Shown: in pieces, positions 41,679 to 50,793 of the stretch
Layout of the letters: each line of letters opens with the position of its first letter
Numbering within the stretch: position 1 is the stretch's first letter
Origin: an uncultured Acetatifactor sp.
Lineage (GTDB): Bacteria; Bacillota; Clostridia; Lachnospirales; Lachnospiraceae
Direction of reading: 5' to 3'
NCBI GenBank assembly: GCA_964550745.1
Contig: CAZKAO010000001.1
Coordinates: 62,299 to 126,298 of the forward strand
DNA length: 64,000 bases
Position numbers and translations under genes: made by a program
The notes under the pieces: model-generated
Seen by the model: only the letters and a program-made list of their open reading frames with translations
Database searches by the model: none
What the model was told of the DNA's origin: nothing

Positions 41679-42508
41679 GTTCTGCGTATTACCTTTTCTG
41701 TGATCTGTATTTTTCCTGCTTTCAGCAGATTTCCCACCGCACGTTTAAACTCATTTTTACTCATACCGGTCTCCCGCAGAATAATGGCGGGAGATACCTT
41801 GTCATTGAAGGGCAACACTCCATCATAGCTGTCTATGATCTGCAGCAACCTCTCTGCATCCTCCTGAATCTGAAGATAGGATTTCTCCCGAATGCTCAGT
41901 ACCAGCCTGCCGTCCGGCTGCACCTTGGTGACTCTGGCACGCAGATCCTCTCCCAGTACTACATCGCCATAGAGCTCCTTTTTGGGGATCAGGGCGGAAT
42001 ACAGGTTGTCCACCGCCACAAATACGCCGAACTCATCGCTGGAGGCATAAGCCCTGCCGACCACCTGGTCCTGGGGGTGATAGGGACTGTCGGAACGGAG
42101 ATTGTGATATACGTTCATAGTGGCGCACAGGCGCTCGCTCTTGTCCACATAGAGGGAAACCAGCACCTTTTCACCCTCTTTCACCCTTTTCACCTGCTGG
42201 CGAAAGGGAAGCAGAAGATCCTTCTCCAGCCCCCAGTCCAGAAAAGCCCCTATCTTGCTGGTCTGCGCCACCGTCAGCTCCGCCACCTGACCCATCATCA
42301 GCCGGGGCATGTTGGTGGTGGCAATCCATCTGTCCTTGGAATCCTTATACAGAAAAACCTCCAGCTGGTCCCCGATGGCCGCCCCGGACGGCACCTGCCT
42401 GGCGGGCAGCAGCACCCGATTCTCCACATCGTTGTGTTCCTGTGCCAGATATACGCCAAACTCCACCTTTTTCACAATATATAAGGTCTGTTTTTCACCC
42501 AGTTTCAT
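41675..42508 (-). CDS. cvfB: CvfB/YitL S1 RNA-binding protein
   Basis: FGVYL, GAFLDWGLEKDLLLP, MSKNEFKRAVG. Confidence 0.9.
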   Translation of the reverse strand: MKLGEKQTLYIVKKVEFGVYLAQEHNDVENRVLLPARQVPSGAAIGDQLEVFLYKDSKDRWIATTNMPRLMMGQVAELTVAQTSKIGAFLDWGLEKDLLLPFRQQVKRVKEGEKVLVSLYVDKSERLCATMNVYHNLRSDSPYHPQDQVVGRAYASSDEFGVFVAVDNLYSALIPKKELYGDVVLGEDLRARVTKVQPDGRLVLSIREKSYLQIQEDAERLLQIIDSYDGVLPFNDKVSPAIILRETGMSKNEFKRAVGNLLKAGKIQITEKVIRRT

Positions 42509-42539
42509 CTCTGATTTATCCTTCCCTGCTTACCCCTTT

Positions 42540-43250
42540 TTAAGCCAAATTGCAAAACTCCACCACCGCATAGGGCACACCCTCACGGTTCTGCAGAGAC
42601 ACCGTACACAGCTCCGGCGTTCTCACTACATAAGGGATCAGCTCATCCCCAAGATGGGCCTGCATCTTATATTCCGCCCGCATCTGCCCAATGACAAAAT
42701 CCGACTCCAGGCTGCGCATCGCCATATCTACAAACTGACCATTATTCACATGATTGTTCGTGTCCAGATGATGCTTTTTGACCAGAATCGGCTCTTCCCA
42801 CACGCCCTCCTGCGGCACGATGATCTTCCTTGCCGCGTATTCCATCGGGAGCTTTTCCTCAATCTCATACGCCTGTTTCATCTTCTCTGTGGGATGCGCC
42901 ATAGTCTGCCGTTGCAGATTCAGCAGTGTCCACAGAGAATTTGCCTGAGCCAGCATCTCGCCGTCCAGAGTTTTCATGAGAAAATTACGATATCCAAAAC
43001 ATCCCTTGAACGCATAGGGAAAAGTACCGATCTCCACCTCTTCACACAGTTCGGGATAGCGATTTACCACGATCTGCCAGGAGGAAAGCACCCATACCAG
43101 ATTGTTCTCTTTCAGATACCGGCCTCCTACACCCAGAACCTCGGACTGAAAGGTGGAGCAGTCCTGAAAATAGTTCAGCAGCGCCGCCAGAGTCAGTCTC
43201 GCCTGACTGTCGCACTCACTATAACGTATTTGACTTTTAAATGTATACAT
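42540..43250 (-). CDS. Acyl-ACP thioesterase
   Basis: IRYSECD, WVLSSW, LDTNNHVNN. Confidence 0.9.
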   Translation of the reverse strand: MYTFKSQIRYSECDSQARLTLAALLNYFQDCSTFQSEVLGVGGRYLKENNLVWVLSSWQIVVNRYPELCEEVEIGTFPYAFKGCFGYRNFLMKTLDGEMLAQANSLWTLLNLQRQTMAHPTEKMKQAYEIEEKLPMEYAARKIIVPQEGVWEEPILVKKHHLDTNNHVNNGQFVDMAMRSLESDFVIGQMRAEYKMQAHLGDELIPYVVRTPELCTVSLQNREGVPYAVVEFCNLA

Positions 43251-43289
43251 ATCTGTCTGTAAACCTCACTTTATCAATCGAATATCCTG

Positions 43290-44357
43290 TCAGCAGATAT
43301 AGCGGCCCAGAAGAGGAATGCGCCGCAGCAGGGCGGAGAATACATAACACAGGAAAAAGGTCAGCAGGGCCAGCAGGGGCACTCCCGCAGCCACAGGTAT
43401 CATGGCACTGTGAATGCCCAGGGACTGCAATACTTCTATGACGCCTATATGCATCAGGTAGATTCCCAGTGTAGCTTTGGACACCTCCGTTATCACCGCA
43501 GCGCTCCGGACGCTCCACCGGCACGTTTTTAACCGTTCCACAAAAAACAGGAATATCGCCATCACGATCACAAATGTAAAGAGCCCGAAGCTATCGTAGA
43601 TCGCTCCATTGGGAGAGCCGTCCCTGGCCGTGTGGATATTGCTGATTAGGATATTCAGCAGTGCAGCCGGAACAGCCGCCACATAAAAATATTTGTGATA
43701 CTTTCGGGGAATACCCACATGGGCAATATAATATCCCAAAATAAAGTATCCCAGATAACTGCCAGCCATCTGAATCTCCCCCAGGCTGAGGAAATACAGC
43801 AGCTCACTGTTTACGACAAAACAGGCCGCCGTAGTCCGCAGGATCTGCAGAATCACAAAAAGTGTCAGAAAATACCGGATATTGCCCTTGTCCGTGTGCA
43901 GAATCCAGCTGCGCAATATCGGCAGCAGCACATAGATTCCCACCAGCATGGGGATATACCACATATGGTATCTTCCGGATGCCATCTCTTTCGCTATCTG
44001 TTTCCAGGTCAGATTGGCAAAACCGAACCGCCAGCAGTCAAGCAGTCCATAAATCGCTCCCCACAGCAAATAGATCACCACAAGGCGCAGTATATTGTGT
44101 CGGTACAGGCGCTTCATATCCAGCTCCCTGTCGGGGTTCAGAAAAATAGCGCCGCTGAGCATCACAAATACAGGAACTCCAAAACGGAAGCAGGCATCAT
44201 AGGCATTGACGATCTTCCATTCCATACCCGTGACTGGCAGATCATACCAGAATTGAGCCGCACTGTGGAGCATCACCACGCTGAAAGCCGCCAGAATCCG
44301 CAGCAGATCATAATTGACGATTCTATTTTGGTTCTTATCATCCGCTGTAGAACTCAT
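43290..44357 (-). CDS. Acyltransferase family 3 (O-acyltransferase)
   Basis: DLLRILAAFSVVMLH, VPVFVMLSG, YHMWY, GIYLMH. Confidence 0.9.
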   Translation of the reverse strand: MSSTADDKNQNRIVNYDLLRILAAFSVVMLHSAAQFWYDLPVTGMEWKIVNAYDACFRFGVPVFVMLSGAIFLNPDRELDMKRLYRHNILRLVVIYLLWGAIYGLLDCWRFGFANLTWKQIAKEMASGRYHMWYIPMLVGIYVLLPILRSWILHTDKGNIRYFLTLFVILQILRTTAACFVVNSELLYFLSLGEIQMAGSYLGYFILGYYIAHVGIPRKYHKYFYVAAVPAALLNILISNIHTARDGSPNGAIYDSFGLFTFVIVMAIFLFFVERLKTCRWSVRSAAVITEVSKATLGIYLMHIGVIEVLQSLGIHSAMIPVAAGVPLLALLTFFLCYVFSALLRRIPLLGRYIC

Positions 44358-44470
44358 GATCTGCCTCCTCTCTTATATCTCCTTTTCACAGTCGCCTGTC
44401 TGTCCATTAAAGTTATTGAATATCTTATCATTGCCGCTTGAAAAAAGCAACCCAAATATATAGTCATGCA

Positions 44471-45454
44471 TCACTGAAAATAGGCATCCACACCGTTCGC
44501 AATTCCCTGCACGATGCGATTTTGGTAGTCCGGCTCCTGCATCAGTCTGTCCTCATCCTCATTGCTCATATAGCCCATCTCAATAATCGTCACGGGGATG
44601 GTACACCAGTTGATACCGCTCATGGTGTCAGTCTCCCATACTCCTCTGTCTTTGGAACCCATCAGCTCCACCATATGGGTCAGCACCTCCTGGGACAGAC
44701 GCAGGCTCTCGTCATGGATTCCGGGATTGTAAGGGCTGGAAGCAGTGTTGCAGATGGTCAGCGTGCCATGTACGCTGCTGTTTTCCGAACCGTTGGCATG
44801 AATTCGCAAAAATATCTCCGCGCCTGAAGTATTGGCTGTCTCTGCACGCTCCTTGTTGCTGATATCCACATCATGGCTGTCCCTGATCATTACAATAGTA
44901 TATCCTCTCGCCTCCAGTTCTGCCTTCAGAGCCTGGGCAATAGTCAGGTTCAGTTCATATTCATAGATACCTGTCGCCACGCCTCTGGTTCCCGAGGATA
45001 CCTTCGCCTTGAGTTGCTCACTGCCGGGACCTAACGGTTCCTTTTCCTTGTTGCCCTTGGCCTGATGCCCTGCGTCAATGGCAATGATATGCCCTCCTGT
45101 CTGCGGGGTATCTGCCTGCAGCGGCGGCAGAACGGGAATCTCTGTTGGCGCCGGGGAGGGCGGCTGCTCCGTAGGAGCCGGAGACGGAGGCGCATCCGTA
45201 GGGGCCGGAGACGGAGGCGCATCCGTGGGAGCCGGTGATGGAGGCGCATCCGTGGGGGCCGGAGACGGCGGTGTCTCCGTGGGAGCCGGAGACGGCGCGG
45301 ACACTGTCTCAGAAGTGTTCAATATCTCCTCTGCAATCGGGATCTTCTCCACCTCAACCGCATCCATGTCCTCCGAAATGACGCCGCATCCCGACAGCAG
45401 CGCCAGACAGCATCCCCACAATATGATCCATTTTTTCCATCTGCCTGCAAGCAT
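44471..45454 (-). CDS. N-acetylmuramoyl-L-alanine amidase (Amidase_3) lipoprotein
   Basis: Lipobox LSGC, Pro/Ser/Thr linker, IAIDAGH, RIHAN, IEMGYMSN; start uncertain (45454 or 45496). Confidence 0.9.
   Translation of the reverse strand: MLAGRWKKWIILWGCCLALLSGCGVISEDMDAVEVEKIPIAEEILNTSETVSAPSPAPTETPPSPAPTDAPPSPAPTDAPPSPAPTDAPPSPAPTEQPPSPAPTEIPVLPPLQADTPQTGGHIIAIDAGHQAKGNKEKEPLGPGSEQLKAKVSSGTRGVATGIYEYELNLTIAQALKAELEARGYTIVMIRDSHDVDISNKERAETANTSGAEIFLRIHANGSENSSVHGTLTICNTASSPYNPGIHDESLRLSQEVLTHMVELMGSKDRGVWETDTMSGINWCTIPVTIIEMGYMSNEDEDRLMQEPDYQNRIVQGIANGVDAYFQ
45137..45298 (-). repeat. 27-bp tandem repeat x6 encoding PPSPAPT(D/E)x
   Basis: APSPAPTET-PPSPAPTDA x3-PPSPAPTEQ-PPSPAPTEI with synonymous variation. 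Confidence 0.95.
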
Positions 45455-45492
45455 AATCCGTCCCCCTTTTCCTCTGCCCCTTCGTAAGTATC

Positions 45493-47121
45493 TCATGCTT
45501 TCTCCGCCCTGCTGCGCATGCACGCTTCACCAATCCCCAGGATCAGAAAAACCGCCGAGGTACCCATAACCTGCTGAAAGCTGAAAATATTGTTTACTGT
45601 ATATGCCAGAATCCCCATGCCGGCGGCTCCGGCCAGCGCATCTGTCCTGCTCGCTCTCAGATAGCGCCGGATCGCCGTAGACATCAGTCCTATATACCCC
45701 ACCGCTCCCAACAATCCCTCATTGATCAGGACTGTCAGCCATTCATTGTGGGCGTTGGTCAGCATCAGTCTGCCAAAATAATCCTCCACCATCTGCTTCA
45801 GCGCCGGATTGACGCCGCTGTGAATATATATTGCCATAGCATCTGGACCCACTCCCAGCAGCTTGCCCGGCAGATCCTGATCCAGAAAGCAGGTTATCCC
45901 CGCCGTCCAGGTGATGCCCCGGTTGCTTCCCCAGGAAAAGTTAAATGTGAACATCCCCAGTTCCGACAGGCGGCCAATGCTGCCCGGATATCTGGTATTG
46001 AGTACCAACAGCACGACAAATATAATCACGCCAGCGGCAGCTACCCCCCATGCAAAAATGCCCAGCACCGTCCATACTCTGTCAGAAAAATGGCCCTTAC
46101 GGCAGCTGCGGTGTACCAGATACCAGCACAGAAGCGAAATGCCCAGCATCAGAAACGGCAGCTGCGACAGAGTGAGCAGATCCGTGGTTCCCTCGGTATA
46201 GGTAATGGCTTCCGGCCAGATGCGGCGGATCACCCAGGTTAAAATACATACTGCGGACAGCAGAATACAGCCTGTCCAGAAACGCCGGAGCTTCTCCTCT
46301 TCCCTCATGGACAACAGGTAAAACACTCCCAGCATAACCAGCAGCGTTACCACCCCGCTGCTGCTGCCCTGCGTCACCAGCGTTGCCAGCCCTGCTCCCA
46401 GAAACAGATATAATAACACGCGTATCCATTTGTTTTTACACATTCCCTGCCCCTGCCACAGATAACAGGCAAACATTGACAACACTGTTACCAGATATCC
46501 GCAATACCAGTTTATGTTGCCGATGGTCGATATGTAATGGGGCCCCGTTGCTTTCATCTCCAGCGGATAGACGCCAAAGCGGTTGAGGTATCCCAGCAGA
46601 CACACCACTGTCATGGGAACGATCCACAGTATGATCATCCAGTCTCTTCTGCGCCACAGGCGGGATACCATAAGGTAGATTCCCAGAAACAGGAGCTGTG
46701 TCAGCATCCCCAGATACCATCCGTAGATGCCATAGAGGGTATCGCCCCACTCTGTCTCCTCCCGAAAAGAGGTATGTAGATAGGAAACTACCACTGCGAC
46801 AAAATAGATAAAAGCAAATACATCCGTTACAGATATGTCATATTTCCTGATCCGGCGGCGGTCTTCTGTCCGAAACCACTGTATCAGGCGGCAGATCAGG
46901 TACAATGCTGCCACAGGAAGAATCACCCTGCATGCCACAACACTGACAGAGCGGAAGAACAGGCATTTCTCCGTACCAATGTGTGTATATCCCGACTCGG
47001 TGGTATAGAGAGGCATCACAATAATCAACGCGGCCATATACAGCCCCACCATTATATCCAGTAAATTCCGGATGACCGCACAGAAACGCGCCATGAGAGC
47101 GGGTTTTGTCGCTCGGCTCAT
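45493..47121 (-). CDS. O-antigen ligase / O-oligosaccharyltransferase family membrane protein
   Basis: About 12 TMs, STIGNINW, GSNRGITW, LGVGPD, NAHNEWL (Wzy_C). Confidence 0.85.
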   Translation of the reverse strand: MSRATKPALMARFCAVIRNLLDIMVGLYMAALIIVMPLYTTESGYTHIGTEKCLFFRSVSVVACRVILPVAALYLICRLIQWFRTEDRRRIRKYDISVTDVFAFIYFVAVVVSYLHTSFREETEWGDTLYGIYGWYLGMLTQLLFLGIYLMVSRLWRRRDWMIILWIVPMTVVCLLGYLNRFGVYPLEMKATGPHYISTIGNINWYCGYLVTVLSMFACYLWQGQGMCKNKWIRVLLYLFLGAGLATLVTQGSSSGVVTLLVMLGVFYLLSMREEEKLRRFWTGCILLSAVCILTWVIRRIWPEAITYTEGTTDLLTLSQLPFLMLGISLLCWYLVHRSCRKGHFSDRVWTVLGIFAWGVAAAGVIIFVVLLVLNTRYPGSIGRLSELGMFTFNFSWGSNRGITWTAGITCFLDQDLPGKLLGVGPDAMAIYIHSGVNPALKQMVEDYFGRLMLTNAHNEWLTVLINEGLLGAVGYIGLMSTAIRRYLRASRTDALAGAAGMGILAYTVNNIFSFQQVMGTSAVFLILGIGEACMRSRAEKA

Positions 47122-47235
47122 AATCAACCTCTTCCTGCACATCCCGGCCTCTCCGGGACATGCCATCACATTTTACTCAGTATACTATATCCGCATCAAA
47201 AATCCAATCCCCGATGTGTTTTTCCTGCGCCATCC

Positions 47236-48288
47236 TCACGAAAGGGACTCCCTGTCTCGCCTCTGCAGGCTCTGCCAGCTCTGATATATCATCACAAAAC
47301 CCAGCGGCCCTTTGATGATTCCCCACAGACCGAAAAGCCGGATTCCCACATAGATTGCCATCAATACAGCTACAGGGGAAATCCCCATGCGCTTGCCGAT
47401 CAGACGCGGTTCCATCATCTCCCGAAAAAAAATACAGGCAGCATATAATATCAGGCATACCACGGTTCTTCCATAATTGCCCTGAAAGAGCTGCACCACG
47501 GCCAGCGGCATCAGCACAATACCAGTGCCAATAAAGGGCAGAGCATCCAACAGTCCCGCCAGCAGACCCCACAATGCCCCGTGGCGGATACCGGACACCT
47601 CCAGTACCAGCCCTGCCAGCAGGGAAATGACGGACATGATCACCAGTTGGGCTCTGACAAAGGTGGCAATATAGCGGATAACTCCACAAATCACCTCCAA
47701 CAGCACATGAAACTCCTCCCTGTCCAGCAGATTATTCATAATTCGGTCATAATCCTTGGCAAGAAGTACTGCTGCAATGACAAATGTCACCAAAAAACCT
47801 CCCAGAAACGCCAATTTTTTCAGGTATTGAAGAGAGCCTGACAGCATCCCTGCCGCCCCTTTTGTCTGCAGATAATCTACTCCCTCCTCCAGCCTTGCCA
47901 GCAGAATAGATTCCAGATATTCCCCGTCAATTCCCAGAACTTCCCCAATATAGGAGCTCCCCTTTTGAATGATCTGCTGCAGTTCCTGTTCCAGAGTTTC
48001 CAGCCGGCCGACCCACTCCGGCAGACTGCCTACTCCCCAGGAAAACAACACCCATATCATGACCACCAGCAGACCGCAGCCCAGCGTCAGCAGCAGGATC
48101 GCCCCCAGCTGTCGGTGAATGTGAAGCCTTGTCTGAAGACTTTTCAGAAATGGTCCAAATATCGTCACGAACAGCATGGCCACCAATATCGGGGAGAACA
48201 ACGGCGTCAGATATTGCAGAAAAAAATACACTACTGCGACAATCAGCAATAGTGTAATGATTCTGCTCTCTCTGATTCTCTCCAACAT
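47236..48288 (-). CDS. AI-2E family transporter (YtvI-like sporulation membrane protein)
   Basis: LDALPFIGTG, MEPRLIG, GIIKGP. Confidence 0.85.
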   Translation of the reverse strand: MLERIRESRIITLLLIVAVVYFFLQYLTPLFSPILVAMLFVTIFGPFLKSLQTRLHIHRQLGAILLLTLGCGLLVVMIWVLFSWGVGSLPEWVGRLETLEQELQQIIQKGSSYIGEVLGIDGEYLESILLARLEEGVDYLQTKGAAGMLSGSLQYLKKLAFLGGFLVTFVIAAVLLAKDYDRIMNNLLDREEFHVLLEVICGVIRYIATFVRAQLVIMSVISLLAGLVLEVSGIRHGALWGLLAGLLDALPFIGTGIVLMPLAVVQLFQGNYGRTVVCLILYAACIFFREMMEPRLIGKRMGISPVAVLMAIYVGIRLFGLWGIIKGPLGFVMIYQSWQSLQRRDRESLS

Positions 48289-48336
48289 ACCCGCCTCCGT
48301 TCCGCACCGGAGGCTGCCTGGGCTCCGGATGCCTTT

Positions 48337-48372
48337 TGACGAATAGTATGTGTCGAAAAAAGAATTTTATCC
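48337..48372 (-). promoter_or_regulatory. sigma-E-like promoter with two 0A boxes
   Basis: Minus strand ggATAaa-15 bp-CATACTAT; TGACGAA (48337-48343) and TGTCGAA (48351-48357) on plus. Confidence 0.5.
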
Positions 48373-49047
48373 CTGTTTGATCCAGTCCGGGCAGATCTCA
48401 TGGGAAATCTCCCGGCTGGATACCGGATGTCTCAACTGAATCCTGTATGCGCAGAGAGCCACATATCGAATTCCCAGACGTTGACTAATCTCAAGGCTCT
48501 CCGCCGTACCATATTTCTGATCGCCCAAAACGGGCATTCCCGCATGTGAAAGCTGACAACGGATCTGATGGAATCTGCCTGTATCTATGCGGATATCCAG
48601 ACAGCTGCACTCCAGCAGCTCACCTGCTTCTCCGACGCCGGACTGCCTGACCTGATACTGTAATACCGCCTTTTTAGCTCCGGGCGAGCCTTCATATATT
48701 ACCCTTGCCAGACTTCCCTCTCTGCACAGATAGTCCACCAGCTCGCCTCTATCCTGTGAGGGGCGCCCGTAGACCAGCACACAGTACCGTTTGTGCAGCG
48801 CGCCTTCTTCCAGCTGACGGCTGAGCGATGCCGCCGCCTTTTTGTTTTTGGCAAACACCAACAGTCCCTCCACCGGCTGGTCCAGACGATGAATGATTCC
48901 CACATATGCCCCTTTGAGGTAATTCCTTAATTCGCTGACTACATCCGGCTGGCTGACGGAAGCAGACTGCGTGGCAAGTCCCGCCGGCTTATGGCAGATC
49001 AGAATATCCTGATCCTCGTAAACAATCTTTGTTCTCATCAGCATCAA
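48367..49047 (-). CDS. RluA-family pseudouridine synthase
   Basis: HKPAG, IHRLD, TGRFHQIR, GDQKYG. Confidence 0.93.
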   Translation of the reverse strand: MMLMRTKIVYEDQDILICHKPAGLATQSASVSQPDVVSELRNYLKGAYVGIIHRLDQPVEGLLVFAKNKKAAASLSRQLEEGALHKRYCVLVYGRPSQDRGELVDYLCREGSLARVIYEGSPGAKKAVLQYQVRQSGVGEAGELLECSCLDIRIDTGRFHQIRCQLSHAGMPVLGDQKYGTAESLEISQRLGIRYVALCAYRIQLRHPVSSREISHEICPDWIKQG

Positions 49048-49931
49048 TCTACCCGTTTATCACCCCAGAAGAACAACGCCACAGTGCCGGGGCCCGTATG
49101 GCTGCCGATGGTAGTACCGATATCGTTGATGACCACCTTGCCCTGCATCCTGGGGAATGCCGCCTCCACCAGCTCTGCCACGGCTCTGGCGTCTTCCATA
49201 CACGCCGACTGGGAGATATAGCACTTTCCGCTGTAATCCGCTCCGTTCTGCGCATGCTTCTTCATCTTGTCCACGGTTGCCTGAATCACCTTGCGTTTGG
49301 TGCGAACCTTCGCCCTGTTGATCAGCCGCCCCTGATAATCCACATTCAGCAGCGGACAGATATTCAGCATACTGCCCATGATTCCCGCCGCCTTGGACAC
49401 CCGTCCACCCCGGATCAAGTATGTCAGATCGCTGGTAAAAAACCAGTGCTGCAGATTCAGTCGATTTTCCTCCGCCCAGTGATACAGATTATCTATGCTC
49501 ATACCGTCGTCCCGCAAATCTGCCAATTTGTCCATCAACAGACCGTAGCCGGAGGATGCTGCCAGGGAATCCAATATATAAATCTTGCGCTCCGGATACT
49601 TTTCACACAGTGCATCCCTGGCAATCATGGCGGAATTGATCGTGCCGGATATGCCGCTGGAAAGCGTCAGGTGCAGAATATCCATGCCCTCTTTCAGAAA
49701 GCCCTCAAAGTACTCCTCATACTCCTCCACATTGATCTGCGAAGTCTTAGTGCTTTCGCCATTTGCCATAGCCTGGTAAAAATCGGCCAGAGAAATAGAC
49801 TTTCCCAGATCATCCATATACTGCCTGCCCCCCAGCTCGAAGTGGAAGCATACATAGTGAATGTCTCTTTCTTCCAACTGTTCCCGTCGCAGGTCCGCCG
49901 TGGAACTACAGCTTAAAACATAGTTTGCCAT
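49044..49931 (-). CDS. DegV/FakB fatty-acid-binding protein
   Basis: SSTADL, KTSQIN, LSSGISGT, GGRVSK, SHTGPG. Confidence 0.93.
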   Translation of the reverse strand: MANYVLSCSSTADLRREQLEERDIHYVCFHFELGGRQYMDDLGKSISLADFYQAMANGESTKTSQINVEEYEEYFEGFLKEGMDILHLTLSSGISGTINSAMIARDALCEKYPERKIYILDSLAASSGYGLLMDKLADLRDDGMSIDNLYHWAEENRLNLQHWFFTSDLTYLIRGGRVSKAAGIMGSMLNICPLLNVDYQGRLINRAKVRTKRKVIQATVDKMKKHAQNGADYSGKCYISQSACMEDARAVAELVEAAFPRMQGKVVINDIGTTIGSHTGPGTVALFFWGDKRVD

Positions 49932-50039
49932 GATCTATCTCCTCCTTCCATCTAATTACCAAATATTACAAAAATATTTTATATTATGTTCGGTGATTTG
50001 TAAACAATAATGTGGTTTTTATAACTACATCTCGTCGCG

Positions 50040-50738
50040 TCACACCTTAAATCGGTATCCTACGCCCCATATAGTCTCAATATACTGAGGCTTGGCAGTA
50101 TCAACCTCTATTTTCTCCCGTATCTTCTTGATATGCACTGTGACAGTGGCAATATCCCCGATAGAGTCCATATCCCATATCTCCCGGAACAACTCTTCCT
50201 TGGTATACACATGATTGGGATTTTCCGCCAGAAAAGTCAAAAGTTCAAATTCCTTGGTGGTAAAGGTCTTCTCTACCCCATCCACATATACCCGCCGCGC
50301 CGTCTTATCAATGCGGATTCCCCTGATCTCTACTATATCATTCTGTGCTTTCTGGCTGGTTCCCACCAGACGTTCATAGCGGGCCATGTGAGCTTTGACG
50401 CGGGCCACCAATTCACTGGGACTGAACGGCTTGGTCATGTAGTCATCCGCCCCCAGGCCCAGTCCACGAATCTTGTCAATATCGTCTTTTTTAGCCGACA
50501 CCATCAGAATCGGAATATTTTTCTTCTCCCTGATTCGTTTGCACACCTCAAAACCGTCCATCTCCGGCAGCATCAGATCCAGAATAACCAGATCGTATTC
50601 CCCTGTCAAGGCCGTCTGCAGCCCCTGGTCCCCCCGGTTGCAGATATCCACCTGGAAATCGCTGAGTTCCAGATAATCCTTCTCCAGATCAGCAATGACT
50701 TCCTCATCTTCGATAATCAGTATCCTGCTCATGCTCAC
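50040..50738 (-). CDS. OmpR-family response regulator
   Basis: ILIIEDE, LDLMLP, KPF, winged helix ETIWGVGY. Confidence 0.95.
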   Translation of the reverse strand: MSMSRILIIEDEEVIADLEKDYLELSDFQVDICNRGDQGLQTALTGEYDLVILDLMLPEMDGFEVCKRIREKKNIPILMVSAKKDDIDKIRGLGLGADDYMTKPFSPSELVARVKAHMARYERLVGTSQKAQNDIVEIRGIRIDKTARRVYVDGVEKTFTTKEFELLTFLAENPNHVYTKEELFREIWDMDSIGDIATVTVHIKKIREKIEVDTAKPQYIETIWGVGYRFKV

Positions 50739-50793
50739 AACCTGCCTTTCCTGTCTTCTCTATTCCTCTTTCTTATCCCAGAACCGCTGCAGA

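Noticed and set aside
45137-45298. Repeats as a possible CRISPR array
   Set aside because: Contiguous in-frame 27-bp units with synonymous variation, no spacers and no cas genes
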